A stretch of DNA of 60,741 bases, the filler included, from Sphacelaria rigidula (lineage: Eukaryota), in NCBI GenBank assembly GCA_964200075.2. It is 9 parts of 9 records of this genome, joined end to end, with 100 filler letters (N's around TTAATTAATTAA, not from the genome) between each part and the next. Parts side by side here need not be neighbours in the genome. Positions count along the whole stretch, not along the records: positions 1 to 6,661 come from CAXNAA020018768.1; positions 6,762 to 13,421 come from CAXNAA020018769.1; 7 more parts are not named here. One strand, 5' to 3'. The notes under the pieces are model-generated. The model was not told the DNA's origin. It worked only from the letters and a program-made list of their open reading frames with translations, and did no database searches. Below, piece after piece: positions 1 through 10,479 of the stretch. Each line of letters opens with the position of its first letter. Positions within the stretch are counted from its first letter, which is position 1. The translations under genes and the position numbers were made by a program.

Positions 1-1106
1 AGTGGATTCTGGAGAAGTCCCTCACTGAATAGCCCTCTTGTCCAGATCGTCTGGCAGAGGCTATAGACCACTGTGGGAGTATTTGGGGAAGATCACTCGG
101 AATGAAACATGTAGAATAGTATTCAGGGGTATCGTAGTATATATTTCCCTGTTCAAAATCAAAATTTTCTTGCTCGAATGATTTATACCCGTTACAATGA
201 ACAGCTGTTTCCCAAGAAAACCATCCGTAATTTCAGAACTTCCCCTGGGGTCTCATCCTAACGCTGGGGTTGTCACAAATCTTATCTGAGGGGGAGGGTG
301 CCATCGCTTTCCGCCCCTGGATCCGACCCCGGTTGGGACCGTCAGGGGGGATATTTAAACTGCAGCTCATGCGGGTTCTAAATTAAAAGAAACGGCTCGG
401 ATTTCGCAAGCGCGTTGCACTACAGTAGTATTGTTCGACAACCTCACCGCGAAACCGGTTCTCAATACAGCCACAGCGGAGGTGGCCACACAAGGCGCGT
501 GATAGCTGGTTCAGACTGGATGAAGCGCCTCGCATAGGCACTACTGGCGAAATAACCCCAAGCGTGGGACTAACCCTTACCCCCGTGCGTGTGCAGCTTT
601 ATTGTGGGGCATCCATTTTATCGACTGTACGGTAGTGATGCTGTACTCTAGTGATGGTATATCTCAGCAGACTGCTGAATGATGCTGCGTGTCAGAGATC
701 GCTGGCGTCTGTTCCCGCATTGGATCATTTCGCAGACGCCGGTCGTCGCCGACGCAACAGTACGAGGTCTCTCTCAGATACTCAACAAGAGGCGCTCGAA
801 AACTCGATGACTTGTCCAACGAAGTATGTTTTCAGCATGCTTTGTCACGTGTTCCGTAGCGCTTAGACGCAGGTCCTGATAAGAAAATGCAGGACAATGA
901 ATGGCGGCGGCTTTTCTGTTGGAGTGCTCATCATCATGCTTGCGCTGCCGTGCAGAAACTTCTGGGTTAGGGTTACATGGTCGAGACCGGTTGCGAACCT
1001 CAAGCCTTTTGAACAAAACAAATGAAATTTCGATGGTTCGTTGAACCTCACCCAAATGTTGAACCTCAAAAACGAATCCAGGCTGTTGTATGAAAATACG
1101 CACACA

Positions 1107-1218
1107 TCATCAGTGTCATTGCTGCTGCTGCTGCTGCTGCTGCTATTGTTGTTGTTGTTGTTGTTGTTGTGGTTATTTTTTATGTTCTTCTTGTTCTTGT
1201 TTTTATCATTATCATTAT

Positions 1219-1280
<62 letters not shown>
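1107..1280. repeat. Compound microsatellite (CTG)n(TTG)n...(CAC)n(CAT)n
   Basis: Direct reading; it explains the poly-L/S/H/C ORFs. Confidence 0.95.
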
Positions 1281-1513
1281 AGTATGTTTCATAGCTTGAA
1301 TGTCTCTCCGCCTCAAAAAAATGAACAGATTAACCGTAAAGTTTATTTCCATAATTCAATCAAGTCATTTTGGAAGCGTTTTGGGAACGTTGTATCCCCA
1401 TACGCTTTGACTGTGAAAGGAAGAGTTAAGCGAGTCGAGCGAGATCGAGGGCCTATGGTCTCTCACGTGAATAATAGTGTTTCAAGTGAGGGAGATGGAC
1501 CTAACGTAACTTT

Positions 1514-1813
1514 AACAATGTTTTCGTTAGATCAAGAGTAAAGCACTGATTGAGAGTGGCTTTGATCATTCGCTTCAACTCAGCCATTTTTTCGTTCCGT
1601 GTGTGCCTTTCTTTGCCTCCATCACTGGCGTGTACCTTCAGTTGCATGTCGATATCCTACTCAGGGATATCAAGGGCCTCAGTGACAAGCTACTACGGAA
1701 AGCACATTGGGCCTCGTGGACGAGCATTTCGGAACGGAAACAATTCATTCACTAATTGACCGTTTTTCACTCTCAATCGTATCTTCTACTTTCAATCTCA
1801 CGAAAACATTGTT
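1514..1813. mobile_element. 300-bp MITE with ~45-bp imperfect TIRs and 4-bp TSD (CTTT)
   Basis: AACAATGTTTTCGTTAGAT...ATCTCACGAAAACATTGTT with CTTT on both sides; second copy at 28659-28957. Confidence 0.85.
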
Positions 1814-3113
1814 CTTTGTATACCAATGGAGATACCTGAGTACAGGTTGTGTACGGACCCCACTACGGTAAAAACAACATTTTCGTGAGATCAGAAACGA
1901 GTGCTCAGATTAGGGATGGGTTCGAAATTGAAACGTCATATATGGCCGCTGATCAATTCCAGGCTGGTAACTCTGGGCCGACCAAGACTTTTGTTGAAGA
2001 CGTTGTTATTTTTCCTTGAAAGTTTGCGACCAGAGGGAGAGATGATTTTGTTCCGACGGCGATTGAGACTAGCGGCAGTGCCGAACCAAGAGGGATTGAT
2101 GGTGACTTTGTCTCTCTTTGTATCCTACACTAGAGACCTCTGTGTGCTGTCAGCAGTTAGCACTGGGATGTGGGGCACAATGGGGAGGCACGCAGAACAT
2201 GATCTGCACAACCAGAACAGCACTGGGCGCGTGCAGGTAGGTGTGCCCCAAGTAATCCCTACCTCCTTCCAATATTCATAAAAATCTGCAGAGGTCGGGA
2301 TCTTCATGTACTCAAATTATCCGAAAAGGGCTTCGATGTGCCGATTAGATGTTAATCGTGTGATTTCACTCATGGTAAATGTAAGATCCAGGATACTATC
2401 ACGAGACTATCGGAGTAAAATGTGGCGGATTAACCGATGGGAAACGGCACTGGTGATTTCCAGAAATGGTACTGAGAACTACGGTTCGGATCGATTCTCG
2501 GAATGTTCTGGAAAGTGTTGGTTGTTCTTCCTTTTGTTCTCGAATGATCCGGAAACGACGGGGAGTTATATTGTGGTATGCGGTATGTTTCTGCGGGATA
2601 AAACAGGAGATATTTGCCGTAGGTCGAGAAGGATTCTCGACGGAGATGTGGAGGCGCATCTCTCCCCTCCACCGTGTTTAGTGTTGTTTGTGTGGTGTGC
2701 CTTCCTACCCATGGGTGGTCTGATTTGAATGGGACAATAAAAGGCAACTACACGCTTTTGCTTCTGTTTCTTCATCTTCGACAGCGATCGCTGTGCGAGG
2801 TTGCCTTTAACGTATGTGGTTGAACATTGGGTGCTCAGGCCATATAACACTAGACTCTACCAAACACGCTAGCGCGTTCCTTGGAACAAAGAGTAGAGTC
2901 ATTATGTCAGATAAGGCTGTATCATGAGCGTTAGAGGAGAAGAGCGGAGTGTGGTGGAGGAGCTGGAGGCTCCACCCCAGGCGTTGGCGGTAACACCAGA
3001 GGACTACCACAGCTTTTAGGAATGGAAAGCGTCTCGAGCTCGGGGGGTTTCTACAGCTGGGGGCACAGACGCGCCTCAGCTAGAAGCACAGGAAGCAGCA
3101 GCCCCGAGAGAGT

Positions 3114-6100
3114 ATGGGGCTGACACAACACTCACAGGGTCGGTCGGTCTGGGATTGGGTGGACGAGGGGCGGGGGGCGGGAGCACCGCCCAGGGGCACA
3201 GCAGGTACCCATGCCCCTGGCACATCGTTAGGAATGATGTCTGGTCTTGGTTTTCCCAGTACAGGGGGTACGCTAGATGTCGACAGCAGTTTACAAAACC
3301 GAGGAAGTACACAACCAGCGTCGTTATTAATAAGTGTGGATTCACGGACATTGGAAGCAAAACATATCGTCAAGTTTACGAGTAACAAAAATCATAGATG
3401 GACGACTTTTAAGCGTGATGTAGAGCGATATGCGTTCATGTGGCCTTTCGGGGATGGATTGTTTCGTGACCCACCGCTTTGTGTTGATCCTCTAAATGAA
3501 ACGCAGCTATTAGGGTTGGGTGTCAGTCAGGACGACATCAAGCGATCTCTCTTTGAGTATATTTTGCTTCTCAACACTGTCAAGGATCCGGTCGCGAGAC
3601 ATATCCTTGTGGATTCGCGATCACCGTCCATAGCATGGCGTGCATTGGACGAATAGTTCTCTCCCCAAACCTCGGGAGCTAAGATGGATGTCTTTGACGA
3701 GTTCAACAATTTGAAGTACACAAAAGGGCAGGATACAGACGAGTTTTGGATCCAACTATAGTCAGTGCACTCGTGTTCTGTAACGTTGGGGTTGGAGATT
3801 CCCCGTGAGATGATAGTGGATAAATTCCTAAATTCCCTCCCTGCTGAGTACACCACAATTCGAGATCAGTTGCGTTTCGAACTATCACTGTTGACTGACA
3901 AGACCCGAGCCGTTGTGAAGGATACATGTCTGTCTCTGAAGAAAACGGGTACTTCGCGTGGTAGTGATCACAACGGTGCCTCATATGCAGGCAATAAGGG
4001 TTCCGGCTACAAGAGTAAGGAAAAAGGAGGCGGGAAGTCGCAGAAATCCGCGGCTGGATCGTGTGATGGAAATACACAGTTGGATGGAAAAGCGAAGGGT
4101 GACGGTAGTTCCTCAGATAAGAAGAAATCCGTAGAAAAGAGAAGCCTCACCTGTTACGAGTGTGGAAAAACTGGCCATTTGAAGTCTGAGTGCCCAGAAC
4201 GTGTCTGCGAGGTGTGCAAAGGAAAAGGACATTCGAAAGAATTCCACAAAATTGTCGCAATGTGCACATCAGACTCTTTTAAGGACTCAGCAGACTTTGG
4301 TTTTATAGCAGTCGGGACAGACGAATACGCGTCTGCAGCAGATAGTACACGAGGGGACTGCCCACTTCTTGACGACGTGGGGAAAGAGGTCTGGATTGCA
4401 GACAGTGCTGCAGCATGTCATATGACCCCTTCGCTTCACTGCATGTATGACTATGAGCCTTGCTTTCATCGTTCGGTGACGGTGGCTAACGGTCAAAAGG
4501 CGCTGTTTTTAGGCTTCGGAAAAATCTTGTTGTCGACAGGTAGTGGCGAAGACAAGTTAACAGTCAGTATCAAGCGCGTGGCACATGTGCCTGATTTGGA
4601 CGTGAACCTTTTCGCCCTGCAGAGTGTAGTGGTTGAGCATGGGTTGCCGATTAGACTGACGAGAAAGGGCACTGAAATCACGTTGCCCGGTGGGAAGAAA
4701 CTGCTTTTTGAAAAGGATGGCAGGAATGATGTCGAGACCGCAACCCGCTGTAGCCTGTCATCCAATTGTTCGTCGAAATCCCATCAGTTTGACCCCGATG
4801 AATCCGCGCAAGCTGTCCTTGCCCCGGGCAAGATGCCTGTTAACCGTAATCAGGTAGACATGAATCTGTTTCACCACTCACACGGGCACCTGCGCGAGGG
4901 TTTGTTACGAGAAACGGCGAAACAGCTGGGGGTGACACTAGTGGGCAAGTTGCACGAGTGCAAAGGCTGTTCAATGGCAAAAGGGTTGCGGAAACACATC
5001 CCTACGTCTACCACCACGCGTGCAGCTAAGCCTTTAGAGCGTGTGTTCATGGATGCATCTAGCCAGAAATTGGTCGAGAGTGTAGGTGGGATGAAGTATT
5101 CTTTTCTCATCCGGGATGATTTCACCCGGAAAATCTGGATGTATTTTGGGAAGCATAAGTCTGACACCACGAGGGCGTTTAAGCAATACCTGGCTGATGT
5201 AGCAGCACAGTGCATTCCTTCAGCTGTAGAGGACTGCTGCCGAGATAGCCCCCCCCCGAACCGGCCAAAAAAGTGCACGGAGGCGATGATCATAAATGCC
5301 GTTAAAGCTGGTTTCCTGCTGCACGACGCGACTTATTTGGGCGTAATGGCTAATTTTGAACTGCTTCACGCCTCTCATGTGGGCGAAATTGCTGGAAACG
5401 AGCCCAATAGTGGGATCGCAGCCGATTTGTCGCGCCGTATCACGTGCACTTTTTGTGGGGGGGCTATCTCGGCATGAGTCAGAGACCGTAAGATCTGACG
5501 GCGGTGGAGAGTTTTCAGGTTCTTTTAGTGATCTGTGTCGTCAGCGTGGCAGAAGGCAAGAGTACACCCCAGCAGATAGTCCCGAGTACAATGGTGTTGC
5601 CGAACGGGCAATCGCGATGGTTGAGAAAGCCGCTATGGCAGCTAGGATTCAGGCAAAGGTGCTGTATGGTGTGGATGTTCCAGCAAGGATGTAGGCTGAG
5701 TCGTATCGCTGGGCAGCAGATGCGTTGAACCGTTCTGCTACCACTGCTAACCCTGGGAAGAAGTCCCCAGATGAGGTGTTTTACGGTGAAGTGCTTGACG
5801 TCAAGCTTCTCCCTTTCTTGAAGCCAGGATACTGTAGGTATAAGAGGACATCGAAGTGTATGCCGAAAGCACAGGAGTGTTTTTACTTAGGGCCTGGCTA
5901 CAATTACCCCCGTGATACCATGAGAATGCAGGCGAGAGGTACATATGTAATCACTACTCGCGATGTTACCTGGCAGCACTCACCTCCCCCAAAATCGCAG
6001 CAAGCCGTTCCGTTTTCTATGTCGGGAGAAAAAAACTCACAGGATGTGGAGGGCGGGGATAGCGATGTCGAGAGGTCTGATTCTGACTCTGACGAGTCGG

Positions 6101-6661
6101 ATCTCAGCACTGGTGGGGGGGCTGCGGTTGGTGCTTTGTCGAAGGAACCTAAACATGTCGCAGATGCGGTGGTGGAACCTGATGGGATGGTGGAACTTGA
6201 GGAGAAGCGAGGCGGTAACAACGGCGAAGAGTCTGACCATCAGCCCTCTGCTTCGTCTTCATCCTCTGATGATGGTCTTTCGGAGATATCGTCTGTCGGC
6301 GGCGGCGGGGATGCCGCGAATCAACATGATTCGGTTGAGCCGACACTTGGCCGGACAAGGTAACAGACACGTGCTTTGCTGCAGCACCGTCAGGAGCAGC
6401 GACTCCAACAGCAAATCCCAGACCTGCGGGAGCATGAGGGTGATCATAATGCGTTGTGGACAGTCACGGGGATTTGTGGGCTACGGAACAGATCTTAGCT
6501 CAGCTGGCAAGCACGGAGGACCCAAGACACTCAGGGGAGTCTGGGTTGGAGTTGATCCCATATGTGACTCTTGAATAGATTGAGTCAGCCCCCAAGTCTG
6601 TGAAGGATGTGTACAGTTCGAAGTACAAGAGTGTGTGGTTGGACGCGATGAAGAAGGAAGT
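3114..6661 (+). pseudogene. Copia gag-pol polyprotein with in-frame stops and a MITE insertion
   Basis: Zn knuckle CYECGKTGHLKSEC; protease WIADSAAACHMT; HHSHGH...CKGC; integrase FMD...IRDDFTR...RSDGGGEF...NGVAER; RT start PKSVKDVY...WLDAMKKE; stops at about 3654, 3759, 5692, 6361. Confidence 0.93.
5232..5480. mobile_element. 249-bp MITE inserted in the Copia integrase; ~24-bp TIR, 4-bp TSD AGAG
   Basis: GACTGCTGCCGAGATAGCCCCCCC...GGGGGGGCTATCTCGGCATGAGTC with AGAG on both flanks; removing it restores PSAVETVRSDGGGEF. Confidence 0.92.
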
Positions 6662-6761
6662 NNNNNNNNNNNNNNNNNNNNNNNNNNNNNNNNNNNNNNN
6701 NNNNNTTAATTAATTAANNNNNNNNNNNNNNNNNNNNNNNNNNNNNNNNNNNNNNNNNNNN
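6662..6761. other. Artificial 100-bp spacer (N44-TTAATTAATTAA-N44); same spacer at 13422, 20182, 26942, 33702, 40462, 47222 and 53982
   Basis: Identical N-padded six-frame-stop linker recurs every 6760 bp. Confidence 0.97.
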
Positions 6762-7852
6762 CAATGAGCCAGAAGAAATCGTGAATTTGGTGATTTTGAG
6801 TCGTGATGATTTGTCCTAACCGTGGAAATTTTCAAACATGCACGATTGACTTGGTGAACGTTTCGGTTGTTCTGCAAACAAGCCCCCCCCGTCCCCAGAA
6901 AACCCCCGGATGTCGATAGGCTGTCAGCCCGTGAAACTGTTCCAAGGCGACGCTTGCTGTCTAAGGGTTAAGCTCTCACAGCCATATCTCATCGACCCGG
7001 ACGACTTGGGCCGTGATCTGCATCTGTTATTAATCCCCAAATCAAGGGGGAATTGCTCATCTGCTCAAAACCTGGGTCAATTCGTTTTCGTTGGGCGAAC
7101 GCCATGTCTAGTGATTCCTATACCGTACGGGGATGGGGTCCATACTACAGTCCATATAAAACCCGCACAACTTTGAAATGGGTGATGATTTTTGGTGTGG
7201 ACATCCCCTGGAGCGCGGGGATATAATCGATACCCTCACCTTCACCTTATTCGTTATCTATCAAGAGATATTGTGCACGTGATTTCTATACTCAATTCAA
7301 CACATTACAAGCACGGGCATTGAACGAACCAAATCTGGATTTCGCGTCTCAGTCGCGAGACCTGTACTTTGAAATTCGATATGGAGTATCGCGAGGGAAA
7401 TATGAAAGCAAAACTTTCATGACCTTGGAACTTTTCTTCAAGAGTTGACGACGTTTCGGTGAAAAATGAACATTGTGCTTGGCCCTTCACCCGGTTCCTC
7501 TGTTGATTCTTGAGAACTGTGGTTTGAAATCGAGCGTGGAGATTCGCACGGGTATACTGCAAACAAGAAGAAGTGGGCCATCATTCCTCCTTCTTTTTTC
7601 GCGAGCTAAGGACATTCATTCAAGACAAAATGATATTTACTAAACAAAAATGTCCTCTAACACATGAAATAAAACGAGCTGCATCATGTCGTGTGGGGTG
7701 AAGAGTCTGAACTCCGCGATCGGTATTTGACTGTGAGCCCGGTCCGGCGACAACGTGCCCCGTCCCGGCTTTTTAGGGGTGGTGGGGACTGTGGCATGCA
7801 ATACAATGAGCATATACCCCCCCGCACTCCTCATCTTGTATGAGACCAGTAC

Positions 7853-8083
7853 CTGGGAGGGTCGTAGATGTGGTCATCCGGAATGACGTACAACGGCACG
7901 GCGTGCCCGCCTGCGCTCTCCATGCCGCCCAGGAGGGGCCTGAGCATCTCCCACACAAAGAACACGTTGCATGCCTCTCTGTCGCCCTCTTGGTACGGGA
8001 AGTGGACGAGGCGGTGGTAGTATGAGTGCACGGCGCCCCGGTGGGGACAGCAGATACCCTTCGGAGCACCGGTGGTACCAGAG
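7853..8083 (-). CDS. Exon of NRPS-like adenylation domain gene (ATRR / glycine-betaine-reductase-like)
   Basis: SGTTGAPKGICCPHRGAVHSY...DREACNVFFVWEMLRPLL...VIPDDHIYDP; AG/GT boundaries; AMP-binding P-loop YVVMSSGTTGAPKG after splicing. Confidence 0.9.
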
Positions 8084-9232
8084 CTGTGGAAAGGGGAGAG
8101 AAGGGAGCGGAGTGGTGAAGCCATATAATCATACAGACCATGCGCTTTGCTCATCCAATAATCTATATTCTTATTGTGATTATTTTGATTATCATGATTA
8201 TTATGATTATTTTTATTATTTTTATTATGGTTATTATTACAAATATATGGAGTGTAAGACGGACGGGAGGCGGGAGGCCGGAGGAGGGTGTATGCTCGAA
8301 GACAAGAACCCCGAACAAGAATATTGAATTCGTTCACAGCTGGACAATAAATGGTTAAAAGTTGCAATAGATTTATAGTTAACGCAGTATATTTTCCTTA
8401 TATTGCAACTACTGATCATGCACTGTCCAGCGTGTGAACACGTTACGTTACGTCACGTCACGTTGTCGTTTCACGAATGACGGTGTGATCAGGGACTACC
8501 TTTTTCAGTTCCTGGACAAAACTGATGCCAAAAAATGACACGAAGAATGTGCCTCGGAAAGTGGAGGAGCAGGCACCTTGCTTCCTCGGGAACATGCCCA
8601 AACCTGAGCTACATGTGCACTGTGACGATGCTCCCGTTCACTTGATACAAGCTCATGTTAGCAACAATAATGGCTTTGATCAACTCTCGCGCACGATACG
8701 GCAGATTGAACCTTCTTTCTTCTGGGCTACTCTCGTGTACCTGGCACCACTGATCCTATTTCAGGGAGTGGGGAGGAAGGAGGGTAACGCAAGGGCATAC
8801 GATACTCAATCGTCTGTACGGATCTCGACTCCGCCTAGAAACCACACAACAGCAAGCCCACCCATCAACCCAAGGAAGTGCGCCCCATTCCTTCGTACGG
8901 ACAAACGAACAATGGGAACGGATAGTCATCCTTGATGACATCACGACCACTATTCATCCTCGTGTTCATATGCTTCGAACTATCCATGTTTATCAGAACT
9001 CTTCACTACCAGAAGCCTTCTAAAAATGGGAGACTCGAAATAGGCGAGAGGCAATCCTGCCCACCAGGTCAGAATGGCAAGAATGTCTACCGACAACAGG
9101 TGAAAGCCCGGGGGAAACAAGAGCATTGTGTGATATTCTCGAGTACTCGGACAACCAAGAGCAAAAAAAAGCGGGTCACGTTTCTATTCTCCCTCAAGTG
9201 GTCGTGGCTGTCGGTAGCTTCACAGGACGCAC

Positions 9233-9381
9233 CTCATGACGACGTAGGCCAGGTCGTCCGGTGTAGGGAGGACAGCGTCGCTTGGAACAGCGGGAGCTTC
9301 TTTGACAGTCTTGATCCAGTCCCCGTCGTCGTCCATGGACAGGGAAACTTGCCACGACGGAAGACGCCCCGCCACATTAGC
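9233..9381 (-). CDS. Exon of NRPS-like adenylation domain gene (ATRR-like)
   Basis: cag|ANVAGRLPSWQ...LPTPDDLAYVVM(S)|gt; a phase-2 join completes the A3 motif with the next exon. Confidence 0.85.
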
Positions 9382-9479
9382 CTGGCGGGATGAACGTAAT
9401 CGACCCATCAATCAAACGGTGAGTTGATATTTTCGCTCCTTGCAATACTTCAACTCCCTCTTATCCTTCGCCCCCAGGA

Positions 9480-9610
9480 GCTGCCTGGTATCGACCATCA
9501 TCAAAACAAGCACTGCCCACTCTGGTAATAAAGATCGTGCATGCAGAGATTCGAATCCGCGGCTTTTCGCCTGGCTGGCCGTTGGTCCACCATTTAGATC
9601 CCTTCGCATT
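9480..9610 (-). mobile_element. tRNA-derived SINE-like fragment
   Basis: Minus strand has A-box-like GGATCTAAATGG and B-box-like GGATTCGAATC at tRNA-like spacing. Confidence 0.45.
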
Positions 9611-9825
9611 ACTGTATCACGAATCCAACCGCCTTCCTTCCTTTTTCTTCTCTTCAGTATCTTTATTTTATTTCTCTTGTATCGCAGCTGAGGGAATTGT
9701 TTCTGGATCCGATTTATTCTATGATTATCATCTTCCCCTATTTTGGGGATAGTTAGCCTGTATTCATATGCCCAGTACAGAGTACTACGCAGATATCGTA
9801 ACGGTTTCCAATGTGAAGACGACGT

Positions 9826-9826
9826 C

Positions 9827-9872
<46 letters not shown>
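9826..9872. repeat. (CAA)n microsatellite
   Basis: Direct reading. Confidence 0.95.
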
Positions 9873-10479
9873 GCCGTGGTCACGCTTTGGACTTAGTATA
9901 GGATCTTAAGTTACCGAGAAACGTTTGCTGCGGAGAGGAACTCGAAGACCAGAGAGGCCAGAAAAAAAATCGGAATAAACACAAACTTGATAGCATCACA
10001 ATATATGGAAAAGACCATAAAGGTTTGTGCACGCGACAAAAACAGCCCCCGTGGAATATCGTAGTACACATGGTCGCAGGATCGAATATGCTTGAGTATG
10101 GCAACATGTCACTTTCTACAGTTATGTGTCGCGTTCATAACACATCGCGTATCACCCGCTTGAATAGTACCACCCGGCAACAATTTTTCGTCGAAATTGG
10201 GAATCATAGAGGTAACTACAGCATCGTTATATGGGTTCACAGATCCCATCCCCTCAGGTGCTTCGTAACACAAAGTAGTGGAGTAGTGGTTCCATCCCGT
10301 TGGTTTACACGGTCAACATCGTGTGAGTTTGAAGGTGCCTTTCTCACCACAAAGACAATCAATGCGGTACAGTCAGTACATTTTTCGATACCAAAAAAAG
10401 CAAAGCCAATCATGACTTGAAATGAAAATGCAATGTTGAGAACACACGTGATCGATGCGCGATCAGGCTACATTATATT

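Larger units (their letters stand above)
1992..6661 (+). mobile_element. Ty1/Copia LTR retrotransposon, degenerate, cut by the contig end
   Basis: Domain order Gag-PR-IN-RT. Candidate 5' LTR TGTT(1992)...AACA(2826) followed by PBS-like TGGGTGCTCAGG; LTR start uncertain. Confidence 0.85.

Noticed and set aside
1041..1541. 166-aa ORF with poly-Leu/Ser, and the overlapping Cys/His ORF
   Set aside because: Produced by trinucleotide microsatellites
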